Positions 13,766 to 26,992 of a stretch of 64,000 bases of DNA are shown here, piece by piece. The stretch is from Octopus sinensis. Taxonomy: Eukaryota. A program made the position numbers and the translations under genes. A model generated the notes under the pieces. The model had not been told where the DNA came from. It saw only the letters and a list, made by a program, of their open reading frames with translations, and searched no databases. Where the stretch lies: contig NC_043001.1 in NCBI RefSeq assembly GCF_006345805.1, forward strand, positions 67,146,001 to 67,210,000, read 5' to 3'. Position 1 is the first letter of the stretch; every line of letters starts with the position of its first letter.

Positions 13766-14240
13766 AAAAAAATACAAACTGGGACAAGAACGCAAAACAT
13801 TTAGAAGACGATACAAAAATCACGGACAGGACATTCAAAGCCTTCGATCTTCAGTCAAGAACCGGATCATCTTCGCACTTTTGGCTGATTAATCTTGAGA
13901 TTGCTCCGACCTGGTCAGCCCCAAAGGAAAATCTAAGCCAAGCGCATTAGATTCTTGGAAGTAAGCCTCGAATGTAAACAAAACAAGGACGGAAAAACGG
14001 ACGATGTTACACGAATAAGAATACAAAAATACGTAAAAACAATAATGATAATAATAATAACAAAAACAGGACGTCACAGACAGGCGTCTTTCAACAGGAG
14101 GAGAAAACTTTGAGCTGGCATGTTAGAAAAATGCCTTAGGGCAGAGAGAAAAAAAATGTGTCTTCGAATGTCCCGTCCGTGTTTTTTGTATCGTCTTCTA
14201 AATGTTTTGCGTTCTTGTCCCAGTTTGTATTTTTTATATA
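13761..14240. mobile_element. 480-bp element bounded by ~80-bp inverted repeats, inserted in (TA)n (MITE or inverted PLE-tail pair)
   Basis: 13761-13840 is the near-exact reverse complement of 14162-14240 (AAAATACAAACTGGGACAAGAACGCAAAACATTTAGAAGACGATAC...). Confidence 0.8.
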
Positions 14241-14241
14241 C

Positions 14242-14608
14242 AATCCACTCACAAGGCTTTGGTGAGCCTGAAGCTATAGTAGAAGACACTTGCCCAAGGT
14301 GCCACGCAATGGGACTGAACCCGGAACCATGTGGTTCGTAAGCAAGGTACTTACCACACAGCCAATCCTACGCCTATATTATATATATATCTCTTTTTTT
14401 CTCTTTTTACTTGTTTCAGTTATTTGACTGCAGCCATGGTGGAGCACCGCCTTTAGTTGAGCAAATCGACCCCGGGACTTATTCTTTGTAAGCCCAGTAC
14501 TTATTCTATCAGTGTCTTTTGCCGAACCGCTAAGTGACGGGGACGTAAACACACCAGCATCGGTTGTCAAGTGATGTTGGGGGGACAAACACAGACACAC
14601 AAACATAT

Positions 14609-14647
<39 letters not shown>

Positions 14648-14740
14648 AGATATATATGACAGGCTTCTTTCTGTTACGTCTACCAAATCCACTCACAGGG
14701 CATTGGTCTCCCTGAGACTATAGCAGAAGACACCTGCCCA
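14242..14740 (-). mobile_element. Two adjacent SINE family A pieces (5' head 14242-14375; 3' body 14405-14740)
   Basis: Both match the reverse complement of 428-819. Confidence 0.85.
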
Positions 14741-14835
14741 TATATTATATATATATTATAAATTATACATATAATATATATATATTATATATTATATATA
14801 TATTATATATATATATATTGGTAAAATGGTAAGAT

Positions 14836-14887
<52 letters not shown>

Positions 14888-14897
14888 TATATATATA

Positions 14898-15655
14898 AAG
14901 GTAGTGGGTAGCGAACTTCTTCACTACTTCAGGGAGTGATGACCCTGCCTGACACGAGTTCCGGGCTCAGCTGGCTCCGACTGACAGTACCCGGTATGGA
15001 CCTCTATCCAGGGTTATGGAAAGGAGACAACTTTCAAAGAAATCCGGAGTGGAGCCCCGAAGGCGGTCTAGTGTTCGATTCGACACTCTTCCGGCAGCTC
15101 CTGCAACCAAGCTGGTGCCAAACGTAATGCACTGCACTCCTTTGGACTACATCAGCAAGGTCAAGAGAGGAAACCTGACGATTGGGCTACCCAGGACTTG
15201 CTTATCTATAGCCCAGGCCTGCGCAAAACTGGGGAGGACACTTCAGTGCTGCTGTAAAAAGCTGCAGAAACAACACGGGAGGTAACAGTCACGAGTGATA
15301 AGTCCATTCAGATTGGCATAAAATATGGGCGCTACGGGTTACCTCTGACGGTGGGAGGGACCTCCGTGTCCTATTGGTTAGTACTGCCCACCTCAAGCTG
15401 GGCAGCCCCCAGTTAATAAGGTGCTGACCCACCACAGGCCGCCTGCTTCATTGGGTGCTTGGAGCTAAGAGTATGACTTGAAAAGCGGCCTGCAACCTCT
15501 GCACCAGGCAAACAACTAAAAGTCAAGAAAACACCAGTTCTGCAGTTGGCAAGCTGGAATGTCAGGACCATGTGCCCTGGAATATCTGATGATCTACTCA
15601 GGGTTGAAGACACAAGGAAAATGGCCATCATTGACCGTGAACTAAAGAGGCTGAT
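14898..15655 (+). mobile_element. 5' end (GC-rich 5' UTR plus start of APE endonuclease) of a second RTE-clade LINE, 3'-truncated
   Basis: Frame 'KTPVLQLASWNVRTMCPGISDDLLRVEDTRKMAIIDRELKRL' contains the APE motif I (WNVRT), preceded by ~600 bp of GC-rich UTR. Confidence 0.8.
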
Positions 15656-15801
15656 AGGACTACACAGCCACAGCAGGAAATGTATCAGGACATGAAATGT
15701 AAAAGCCGTACTAGACTACTTTATGCGCAACTCCATTGTCTCCCGAGACAAAAAGGATGCCAACAATTATTATATATTATATAATATAATATATACATAT
15801 A

Positions 15802-15842
<41 letters not shown>

Positions 15843-15854
15843 ATATATACATAT

Positions 15855-15899
<45 letters not shown>

Positions 15900-15903
15900 T
15901 ATA

Positions 15904-16046
15904 TGGTTGGCGTTAGGAAGGGCATCCAGCTGTAGAAACACTGCCAGATCTGACTGGACTGGTGCAGCTTTCGGGCTCCCCAGACCCCAGTTGAACCGTC
16001 CAACCCATGCTAGCATGGAAAGCGGACGTTAATTGATGATGATGAT
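15904..16046 (+). mobile_element. RTE-family 3' tail (short truncated insertion)
   Basis: GGTTGGCGTTAGGAAGGGCATCCAGCTGTAGAAAC...CCAACCCATGCTAGCATGGAAAGCGGACGTT plus (GAT)n, matching 7500-7620. Confidence 0.85.
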
Positions 16047-17132
16047 ATATTATATATATATATTATATATTAATATATATATATATATAATATATGCATA
16101 TATTTAATCATTGCATAACACCTTTTTCCTGTCGATATGTTGAGCACTCTCTATATTTGATTTATCCTATTTTGTTTCTGTTATTTTCCATTTCTCCCGT
16201 ATCCTTCTTTTCCTTCCTTCTCTAAATTTTCACAAGGAACTTCAATCTGTAGTTTTCCTTTAGTTATTCTCTTTGAATTATAATTAGCAAGATCTCCAGT
16301 TCTGTAATAATTAATTGGAGTGCTTTTATCAAGAAAAATAAAGTGATTGAATGAATAAATTACGCTGGAATTTATTAACCATGCCATTCCTTAATATAGT
16401 TAACTTTCAAGCAATATAATACTGTAATTTTTTCTGTTTTTTTTATTTTGAACATCAGAGGTAGCTAGCTGTTCTTTGGATATGTTTTGATAGTGTCAGA
16501 TATGCTTGACGTTATCCACCTGTATACAAGTATGTTCTGCCACTACCAACCTTTATGAATAAGGTTGATGAATTTAATGACATGTTTGAAGTAGAAATGC
16601 CTTTAACCATCCTCTAATTTACAGCCTTGCTCTGCTATTTTCCCTTGCTGTTTGACAGTTTATAGTCCCACCCACATTACAGTCCTTAAATGTTGACAAT
16701 TCTGATTAGAAATTTCACTTGATGATCTGTTCACTAATCAACATATCAATGCTTGCTTGTTTATTTGGTTAGCCTGGTGAGTTGAGAGATTGTATAACAT
16801 ATTACATAATCTTATAGATGTTATGCATACTGCACACCTGATTGTACTATGCATACATCATAATAAAAACTCTTAATGAAACAATTGTAGCAAAACCAGA
16901 TAATACATTTGGCTGTTTTTATTGTTTTTAAGGTTCTATCCATCAATGGATATTTTTGGATACTATTAGATTTGTGGATTACCTAACAACAGTGAACTTG
17001 CCTTCATCAATCTTTTCCATGCTATGATAATGGATTAGTTAAGAGATTGTTTTGTGTCATTCTGTCTTGGCAATTTGTGGCATGCTTCACTTTGATTTGC
17101 CTCAATCCATTATGTATCACTAGTAATTTAAG

Positions 17133-17164
<32 letters not shown>

Positions 17165-17166
<2 letters not shown>

Positions 17167-17331
17167 TTTACTTGTTTCAGTCATTTGACTGCGGCCATGC
17201 TGGAGCACCGCCTTTAATTGAGCAACTCGACCCCGGGACTTTGCCGAACCGCTAAGTAACGGGGACATAAACACACCAGCATTGGTTGTCAAGCAATGCT
17301 AGGGGGACAAACACAGACACACACATGCATA

Positions 17332-17393
<62 letters not shown>

Positions 17394-17552
17394 TACGACA
17401 GGCTTCTTTCAGTTTCCGTCTACCAAATCCACTCACAAGGCTTTGGTCGGCTATAGTAGAAGACACTTGTCCAAGGTGCCACGCAGTGGGACTGAACCTG
17501 GAACCATGTGGTTGGTAAACAAGCTACTTACCACACAGCCACTCCTGTGCCT
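17165..17552 (-). mobile_element. SINE family A, near full length with internal deletions
   Basis: Reverse complement of 428-819 with an expanded (TA)n centre. Confidence 0.9.
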
Positions 17553-17658
17553 ATATATATATGATCTTAATAAAATGGAGGAAACTTTAGATCAACAAAC
17601 AAATCAATTGGACCACAATTAATACAAAATATGACAAAACATTTATCTGACATAACAA

Positions 17659-17772
17659 TTCTTACGGCCATGTCCGCTTCCAATATCAGTCAGTGCCTAC
17701 GAAAGAATTGCGTAAATAATATTCTTCATCTTCATAGGATATTCAAACTAGTACATGGAGCTTCATCAGAGT
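17659..17772 (-). ncRNA. Degenerate hammerhead motif (core GAAA mutated)
   Basis: CUGAUGA-AGCUCCA...UGGAAGC-GGAC-AUGGCC-GUA/AGA. The loop shares AAUAUCCUAUG(A/G)AG...AGAAUAU with the HHR at 57087-57223. Confidence 0.45.
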
Positions 17773-18144
17773 GAAAACAAAAGCATCCAAAAAATAAACA
17801 GAAGCAATAGGGAGTAGGAAAGAAAACATGGCCTAAAGAAGAAGCCAGGTGGCCTAATATATTAAAATCATACCATCTTGCATTGTAGGGTTTCAAAGTC
17901 AGTAGGCAAAAGAGTGATCTAGTAATGGTCTAGGGAAAAAATTTACAGGTTATTTCCATATAAAGGGGAAACAGGATGTTTTAAAAGTTGTGAAAAGAAG
18001 ATAGATAATAAATAATACAAGAAAATTACTAACATGTCAAGAAAGAGAGCAGTACCTATGTTATCGTAAATAAATAATGCTAGCTGATATTTATCCAAAA
18101 CAATACCATAGGGTTCTTCTGATAGTGTGTGTGTGTGTGTGTGT

Positions 18145-18478
18145 GAAGGCGCATGGCTCAGTGGTTAGAGCGTCGAGCTTACGATCGTGAGGTTGTGAGC
18201 TCGAATCCCGGACCAGGCTGCATGTTGTGTTCTTGAGCAAGACACTTTATTTCACGTTGTTCCAGTTCACTTAGCTGTAGAAATGAGTTGCGACGTCACG
18301 AGTGCCAAGCTGTATCGGCCTTTGCCTTTCCCTTGGATAACACTGGTGGCGTGGAGAGGGGAGGCCGGTATGCATAGGCGACTGCTGGTCTTCCATAAAC
18401 AACCATGCCCAGACTTGTGACTAGGAGGGTAACTTTCTAGGTGCAATCCCATGGTCAGTGTCGTGACCGAAGGGGGTC
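18145..18478 (+). mobile_element. tRNA-derived SINE, family C
   Basis: Head GGCGCATGGCTCAGTGGTTAGAGCG...CTCGAATCCC (A/B boxes). The body recurs inverted at 62495-62712. Confidence 0.85.
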
Positions 18479-18486
18479 CCGGATCC

Positions 18487-18582
<96 letters not shown>

Positions 18583-20362
18583 CATACATATATATACACA
18601 CATATATACATGCATGTTTAATTGTGCGTGTATACATGCATGTTTGATTGTGCGTGAGATTGCACCCGTTTGCGTGTACACACTCATATATACATATAAT
18701 AAATATTTATTTATTTATTTTTTGTGAATGTGTGTATTTTTTTATATATACGTTTTTTTATATATATGTGTATTTGATGATATGTGTGAGTGTATATATA
18801 TATATATTATATATATATATATATATATTTATGGATGTATATATATTTATTTATTTATCTGTATGGGTGTGGGTGTGAATATATTGGTGTATATATCGAG
18901 TATTGTACGTATGTATATATATGTGTGAGTGGGTATATGTATATGTTGTGGGTGTGTGTTATATGTGTGTGTATTTGTGTGTGAATGTATAGATTAGGGG
19001 GATTGCTATATAGGTTTGTTATTGTGTATGGTAAAGGGAGGTTTTATCATTATATGTATGTATGGGTTTCGTTTATCATGATTGTTTTATTAAAGAATTT
19101 TGTAGTAAATTCTGTCTATTTACGTTGATTAACATATTATTCCATTCTATTCCATTCATAATTTTTAAATAACGTTCGTTCATCACGCGCAAAGAATTTA
19201 TTATAAATATGTTCTATTTCTATGGTAACGTAATTTTGTAAACGCTATAACAGTTAGACTTTAAATTCACTTCATAACTTAAAATTGAATAGAAGGTATG
19301 TATTTTTTTCTCATTATGTTAATCTTGTTGCTTATGTTAATCTTGTTGTTTATGTAGTGTTCTATTTATCGTATTTTCCTTTGTTATTAATTATTAAATA
19401 ATTTAGACATACTTTGATAAATAGATAGGTTCGTTTTTAAATGGTTTGTTTGATAATAGAATAACTCTATATAAGTTATTATTCACATTCATAAATTTGT
19501 TTTAGAGTGGTGTTGGAGTTTTTAATAGTATATTGCTGAGTAGGGAATGTTACTGTATGTATGTGGCTGAGTGTATGTATGTGGCTGAGTGTATGTATCT
19601 GCTGAATTTGTTACTCCTCTGTGTTGGAGTGGCGGTAGGAGTGCGGTTGTATGTGAGTGATTGTGTGTGTATGTGTGAATGTGTGTGTGTGGGTGTGTTT
19701 GTTTGCGTATTTGTGTATCTTTGTTGCATGCATGTGGTATTTGGATATGTGTGTGTGTGTGTGTGTGTTTGTTTTAAGTATTTATGTATGGTTGTGGTAT
19801 ATATGTGGTATATGGTATTTGGTAGTTTCTTGCTAAGAATGAAATGTTTATATTGTTGTGGTTGAGTATATGCGGCTGCTGGATGTGTGGTTGTCATGCA
19901 GAGTGAGTGTGTTTATGAATGAGGGTTGTATGTGTGTGTGTGGGAGTATGAATAAGTAATGAGTTGAAGTATTTGGCTATTTTATTAATTTATCGTTGCC
20001 TAGATGTTTATGTGTATGTATAGAGATATATATATGGGTGTGTGAGTTAGTGTATGTATTTAGATATGTTTATATATACTTAGATATATGTGTATGAGCA
20101 TGTGTGTATATATAGTTTATTTTTATTTTTGTTTTTTGTTTTTTGTTTTTTGAAATTAGATTCTTCATCTTTAAATATGAGAACTTTAATACTAGGTTTC
20201 TTTATATTCAATTGTTTATAGAGGTTATTTTAGTTCTTGATTATATATAGATTATATATAGATATATATATATATTTTTCCATTGATAAATTTATATTAT
20301 TTATAGTTTTAGTCATTTTAAATTTATATCTTTAAAATATTGATTATTTTTAGATCTGAAAT

Positions 20363-20408
20363 CCACCTGATGAATGTCCTTTGAAGAGACACGAAACAAT
20401 TGTAGTGG
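20363..20408 (+). ncRNA. Minimal type I hammerhead ribozyme motif near the 3' end of a GT/AT-rich PLE-tail-like region (~19000-20600)
   Basis: CCAC-CUGAUGA-AUGUC(CUUUGAAGA)GACAC-GAAA-C-AAUU-GUA/GUGG. Palindromic stem III ACAAUUGU. A.C mismatch at the base of stem II. Confidence 0.8.
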
Positions 20409-20637
20409 CGAATTTAATTTTATTTACTTTATATTAAATTTTTTTATGTATTGGATTAAGTCTTTCTTTGTTTGATTTGCAAAATAGTGGTTTTGTCTCT
20501 AATTAATATTATATAATATTTTACTATAAAATTGGATTCAATCCTAAATCTGATTTTTCCCTGTAAATTTGGATTTATTCCCTAATATTTATTATACACA
20601 CATATATATATACATATATATGTACATATATATTTAT

Positions 20638-20674
<37 letters not shown>

Positions 20675-21412
20675 TATATATAGTGTGTGTGTGTGCATCT
20701 TGCAAAGGTCCATTCATAGTGATGAACAGAAATGGGGAAATAGAAAGAGTAATGAACTTCAAAAAATTACACATATACAAACACACAAATATCTACATTT
20801 AAACATGAACAAAAACACATACATATATACATAATAATTCATATATTTAAAAAAACAATTCTTGAAAAGTAAGGAAGTGGCACAGATAGTATTTTATTTT
20901 GTCAGTTCCAAAAATCAAAATCTACGATTTAATAGGGAGTTTTATGATTAGGCTCTTCAGAAATCTCTCAGAATTTTTTTCATAGAGTTCTGTTTTTCTC
21001 AATGAAAATTCTGTATTTCAGTAATATTACAATGGTGGGATGTTAAAAAAATGTTTTAACTCTGATAATTATGAAAGAATTTGGTGAATTCTCTCTGCTG
21101 CCACAATAGAACCAATTTGTTCTAACTATACAGTTGAGGTAATATTTTTTTTATCATTTTGGCAATTGGTTGTCAAAAAATTGTGTGTGTGGTGAAACTT
21201 CTCCAGTAAAATAACTCCAGATATGACACATACTGGTGAATACATGAAATGGAGAGTAAAATCTAATAAAAATTAGCTTTACTACTCTTCTATTTGGAGA
21301 ATTTTCTACTCTGTGTGAGGAGAAATAATAATAATGCTTGTGTATTTCTCAAACAATGAACAACAACAACAACAACAATGATGATGATACTACTACTAAT
21401 ATAAATTATTAC

Positions 21413-21703
21413 CTGTTATTCTAATCTGAATGATTTTTTCATCCTCGTAAGTCTGGCCATTGTATTTGTTGGTCACTCTACAAGAGTAGTTGCCTTCATC
21501 TCCTCTCTGGACATTTCGGATCCGATAGTAATTGAGCTGGGAAAGCACAAAATGGTTGCGACTGTCTGGTGAGGTGTACACCCAGTGGTAGTCAGGGATC
21601 GGGTTACCAAACGCAATACAGTGTAAGTAGACATCATCCCCTCGGGAGTAAATATTGTATCTCTTTCGGGGTTCTGCATAAGTTGTTTCTACTCGAACAG
21701 GAA
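21413..21703 (-). CDS. Ig-domain exon (I/C2-type) of a cell-surface/adhesion immunoglobulin-superfamily protein
   Basis: tttgtag acceptor and gtaat donor; 291 bp, phase 1-1. PVRVETT...VYLHCIAFGNPIPDYHW...RNVQRGDEGNYSCRVTN has the canonical B-strand Cys, C-strand Trp and DxGxYxC motif. Confidence 0.93.
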
Positions 21704-21828
21704 CTACAAATAATAATGACATTACTATTATAATTATATTACATATATATAAATATACATATATACATATGTATACATATACATATATAAATATGTATAC
21801 ATATACATATGTATACATATATATATAT

Positions 21829-22100
21829 GATGATGGCCGTCCACTCGTGACCGAGGAAGACCATTGCCGACCTTCAGGAACATTGTGCGCTCTAGGACTA
21901 ACTTATATGTTGCATTTGCGGCTCCGTTGGTGGCTAATGAGCCCTGCTCTTGACAAGCACACACGACTGCAAACATTGCAGACCAAGCTTTCCCCATTCA
22001 CTATACGAGTCGTGCGCTTTCGCACAGCTCGCCTAAGTTCTTCATGCTGGATACGTGCTCTCTCAAAAGTGTCGATCCCCCCCTTAACCTGCTTCCTCCA
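21829..22100 (-). mobile_element. RTE LINE 3' end (C-terminal zinc-finger-like motif plus (CAT)n tail)
   Basis: 'WRKQVKGGIDTFE...LVCNVCSRVCLSRAGLISHQRSR' is typical of RTE C-termini, followed by a short UTR and CATCATCAT. Confidence 0.85.
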
Positions 22101-22214
22101 TACACACACACACACATATATATATATAAGATAAACTTACTTGGAAATGGATGCATGCCTTTCAAACAAATAATATAAATTATATATATATATATATACA
22201 CATACATATACATA

Positions 22215-25030
22215 CATATGCATATATAGGTACAGGATGTCACCAACAGTAAACAACATGAAATACGAAAACAAATGAGTTCAATACGCAAATGAGAGAA
22301 ACAAATGGTAAACAGGACATGTAACATAAAGAACGACCCTTCATCGGTTGTCGGCTGTCTATCTACTCCTACAAAGTAGATAGACATTTGTTTCTCTCAT
22401 TGTTTACGTCAATACCAACGAAAACAAATATCCACCACCTACTTCGGAATTGGAAGCCTTTGAAAAAGACCTTTTTGAGCTAATCAGAAAATTTAAATTC
22501 CACAGATTCAACAACCCACTCCAGAGAGATATGAAGGAAAAAATTAGAGACATAAATAACTCAGATATGATCTTCGTAAACTCTGACAACTTATATGTGG
22601 TTGACAAAGATGTTTATAAACGTCTACTTTCGAACAGCATTACAGACACCTACAAAAAAGATAACACAAATTCATAAAAAGAGGTGAATTTGGAAGCAAG
22701 ATGAATTGCTAACAGCCTTAAAGTTAGTGAGAGGATAGTATACCTCCCCCCATGCCAACCCTTTATTACTCTTAAAGACCACAAAGCTAATTTCAATAGA
22801 AACCTTAAATGTAGACTAATTAACCCAGCTAAAACTGAAATAGGCATTATTAGCCACTATATTTAAGATCATATTTTAAGCAAGTTAAATAGTGAATTAA
22901 ATTTAGGGCTTTGGAAAAATAGTAAGTCAGTGATAAATTGGTTCAAAGGGATTAGCCACAAGCATAAATTTATGCAGTCTGATATTGTCGATTTTTACCT
23001 GTCAATATCTAGGCCTTTGCTTCTAAAAGCATTAGACTTTGCCAAGCAGTATGTCACCATCAATAGCTTGGAAATAGATATTATCCTGCATGCAAAGAAA
23101 TCCCTTCTTTTTGAGGATGATTCCACCTTGGTCAAAACGAGTGAGGATTCTTTTCGATGTACTGATGAGGGCATATGATGGGGGCAGAGTTGTGTATGCT
23201 TATAGGAACTTATATTCTGGATAATCTGCATCTAGAATTCCCTTTTATAGATGCAGGATTATACAAAGATGATGGTCTTATAGTCACCCATAATTTAAAC
23301 GACCATGAGTTAGATAAACTTAGGAAGAATCTGATAACCTTCTCCCAAAGAATGAGTTTATAGGTTACAAAAGAAAGTAACCTAAAAAACGTAGATTTTT
23401 TTAGATATCAACTTAGATTTACAATTAGATAAATTTAAATCCTACCATAAGCCCAATAAAAAGCTATGTTATATTAGCAAAGAATCTAATCATCCACCCG
23501 TAATTCTTAAGAACCCATTTAGTAATGTAGGAAGGTGAATATCATCAATATCTTCAGATGAGATAGCATTTCAAAATGCTGTACTGTATTACAATAATGC
23601 ATTGAAGAAAAGTGGATTCTTGGAGAAGATCCAGTATAGTCAAGATAATTCTGACAATAATAGACGACATAGAACTAGTACTAGGAAAGTTTTGGGTTTA
23701 ACCCCGCATTTAATATTGCCATTAAAACTAATATAGGTAGGGAATTCTTAAAATTAGTTTCTAAACATTTTCAATCTAGCCATAAGTTCTATAGAATATT
23801 TAATAGAATACTGAAGGTTAGCTATTCTTGTTGCAAAAACATTGCCTCTTTTATTAACCAGCATAACATGAAAATTATTACTAACAACTGCAGTGCTGAA
23901 GCTAATCTGAGGAACTGCAACTGCAAAGATAAGACTCGTTCTCTGTTGGAAGGTAAATGTCATGAAAAAAGAATTGCTTATAGAGCCAAAGTGCAAGTAG
24001 ATGGCTCACAAAAATATAAAACATATACAGGGGCTTAGGAAAATTCATTCAATACTTGATTCTATTCCCACTGAAATTCTTTCCGATACACCAAGAATAG
24101 GACAGCAACTAATCTTACAAAGCATGTCTTGGAATTGAAAGAGGATGACACCCATCCTTTCAATGTTACCTGGGAAATTCTAGAAAAAGCATCAGCATAC
24201 AGACATGGAGCTTATAAAAGACCTATGAAATGTAATCTTTGCCTCTCAGAAAAGTTCTTCATCCTGTTCCAAGATAAACATGCTTTGAACCAGAGACGCA
24301 AGCATTTAAATTCCTGCACGCATGCCATGAGGTTTAAAATGTCAACTGATAAAATACCATGTGGGTAAAATGCATTGATTTTTGGAAAATTTTGACTGTT
24401 GCATTTGAATTTGACTTTACACATTATAGATGTGTTGCATTGCAATGCTGGTGCATATTTTGACTTCACTTTTAAGAAAGCCTTCGACTGCTTTACAAAT
24501 TGAAGCTGAAGCTTTGCCGATGTTTATTTTTATTGTTTACTCATGCATTTAATTGTTATATCAAATTAATGACCAATTTCCTTATTTCAACATTTTAATA
24601 TTATATACACCAGATTGTTAGCATATATACATTATGATGTATATATTCATCTTGATGTGAAGATATGTCTCTATATATTTATGTCTATGTATTGTAGGTA
24701 TGTGTATGCATATATATATATGTGTGTGTGTGTATATATGTGTGTGAGTGTATGTGTATATGTATATGTAAATATTTATATACATATATATATGTGTATG
24801 TATATGTGTGTATTTGCATACATTTTTTTGTATATTTGTATGCGTAACTATATGTGTGTGTATTTGTATGTATGTTAGTGTTTATGTAGATATGAATATA
24901 ATTTTATGTGTGAATTTTTATGTGTTCATTTCGCAAGCTAAACTAAGTACCTAACCTTCCTTAGATACTTTTCAAACGCCATCAATTCACACTCTCTACC
25001 TCTATCAATTTTCCCCCTTTCTCTCTCTAA
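22215..25030 (+). mobile_element. Penelope-like retroelement (RT plus GIY-YIG), disrupted, with an inverted upstream tail (22215-22370)
   Basis: Remnants 'FITLKDHK..F..N.KCRLINPAK', 'SDIVDFYLSI', 'GAELC..IG', 'GLYKDDGL', 'KESNHPP', 'CNCK...GKC' and 'KCNLCLSEKFFI', with multiple stops and frameshifts (22390-24370). Confidence 0.9.
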
Positions 25031-25193
25031 TTTTCTGTTTCTCTTTTATTGGTGCTGTGGCTATTATTGATACTACTAATAATATTGTTGTTGTTACTAT
25101 TACAATTACACATATCACTATTATTATTATTATTATTATCATTATTATTATTATCATCACTATTATTATTATTATTATTATTATTATCATCAC

Positions 25194-25230
<37 letters not shown>

Positions 25231-25795
25231 GTTGAGGGAACCTGTGGAAGAGGTAAACTCAGGAAAACATGGGATGAGGTAGTGATGCACAACCTTTGAA
25301 AGTTGAGCCTCACAGAGGCAATGACAAGCAACTGAGACTTTTGGAGATATGTTGTGCTTGAGAAGACCCAGCAAGCCAAGTGAGACTGTAGCCATTGCTG
25401 ATGCCAGTGTTGCATAACCAGCCCATTTAAAAGTACCCTTCAATTGCTGTGCTTGAGAAGTTGTGGCTGATGCTGGACTGCCTGACTGGCACCCATGCTG
25501 CTGGCACCCATGCTGCTGGCACCCATGCTGCTGGCACCCATGCTGCTGGCAAATAAAAAGTACCATTCAAGCATAGCTGATGCAAGTGCTACCTGACTGG
25601 CACCAGTGCTGGTGGCATGTAAAAAGCACCATTCAAGCGTGGTTGATGCCAGTGCCACCTGACTGGCCCCCATGTCACTCTTGGAGTGGTTGGCGTTAGG
25701 AAGGGCAGATTAGATTGGAGCCTGGTGCAGCTTCCTGAAGTCAAACCATCCAACCCATGCCAGCATGGAAAGTGAACATTAAATGACGATGACAC
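25231..25795 (+). mobile_element. RTE LINE 3' fragment inserted after an (ATT)n tract; includes a 15-bp unit CTGGCACCCATGCTG x4
   Basis: 'VEGTCGRGKLRKTW' plus a UTR matching 6910-7620. Confidence 0.85.
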
Positions 25796-26946
25796 TGATG
25801 ACTGTACATGATACTATGGTATTGTAAATTTAAAACAAAAATAAAGGAATTACTAAACATTCAAACCCCTTTGTGACTTTTGGTCCACCATGTAGAAAAT
25901 GTATTACAACTTTGTCTAACCCATGCCAAAGTGGTAAAATAGATGTAGAAATGATGATGATACTGATAATGGTGTGTGTATGTGTGTGAATGTGTCCTCA
26001 TAGTGACACCACTTGGGTAACAGTGATGTTAGATTATGTCCCATATGTACAATAAGATGGCGGTTCCATATAAAAAGACTATTTCAATAAGGTATTTACC
26101 TGAAAACAAGGGTTGGCATCTGGAAGGGCATACTGGTCTTAGATTACTGCCTCAAGTAATCTTGACCAGCTCACACCAGTATGGAAATAAATGGAGACAA
26201 GAAGGATGATGAAAGTGTTTTTAAAAAATTGCTGTTGATGTTTAACCCCTGCTTAGCTCTGATCCAGCCCTATGATTGGATGCAATCCAGTTAGGACCAA
26301 CCAGCTATTTTAGGAGTATGTAGCACTACATTATCTAATGTGCCTTTATTTTCATTAGATATTAGGATGTGCTATGAGGGAGGTTGATTTGGATGTTATT
26401 TTCTAGCAGGTTAAATATGTTATCATGATATCAATAATAAATATATTTCTAGTTCACTAACTGTAATCCATCATGTTTTGTCTACCATCTCAGATTGCTG
26501 AAGCCAAACAGCTTATCAAAACTATTATATCTCTGTTTATAAACATGATTGCAGTAAACATGAAATAAAGACCATGTTGGCAATACAACACAGAAAATAT
26601 GTCAAAACCAGCAATTATCTTTAAAGATTCACTTTGCTATTTAATTACAGTCTTCAAAGAACTTTCTGTTGAGGAACCATGTTTCAGAATTAAGTCAGTG
26701 GCAGAGAAAATCGAAAACTGCTTTTGGCGTATATTTCAAAATGAAATAATGAAAAAAACTTCAGTAGTTTATCAATTTTTTATATTAAATGTTTGAAGAA
26801 TTAAGGTCATCAAAGTCATAACCAAGTCTGGATATGAGATAATCTTGTGGTTTTGACATATCTTTTCTATTTGGAGATAAAAACAGAAAAAGAAGAGAAA
26901 ATACCTAATTTCTTTTCTATGGTTGAGATTTACCACAAAGAGTTGT

Positions 26947-26992
<46 letters not shown>

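Noticed and set aside
16140-17130. Possible ancient retroelement remnant (DIRS-like or LINE)
   Set aside because: Only vague peptide hints; it cannot be assigned by eye.
18145-18225. tRNA-like sequence (also 28995-29069 and 46395-46470)
   Set aside because: A/B boxes are present, but there is no proper acceptor stem and each continues into a repeated SINE body, so these are SINE heads, not tRNA genes.
23162-23185. CTGATGA box
   Set aside because: It lies within PLE RT coding remnant, with no stem II or GAAA.
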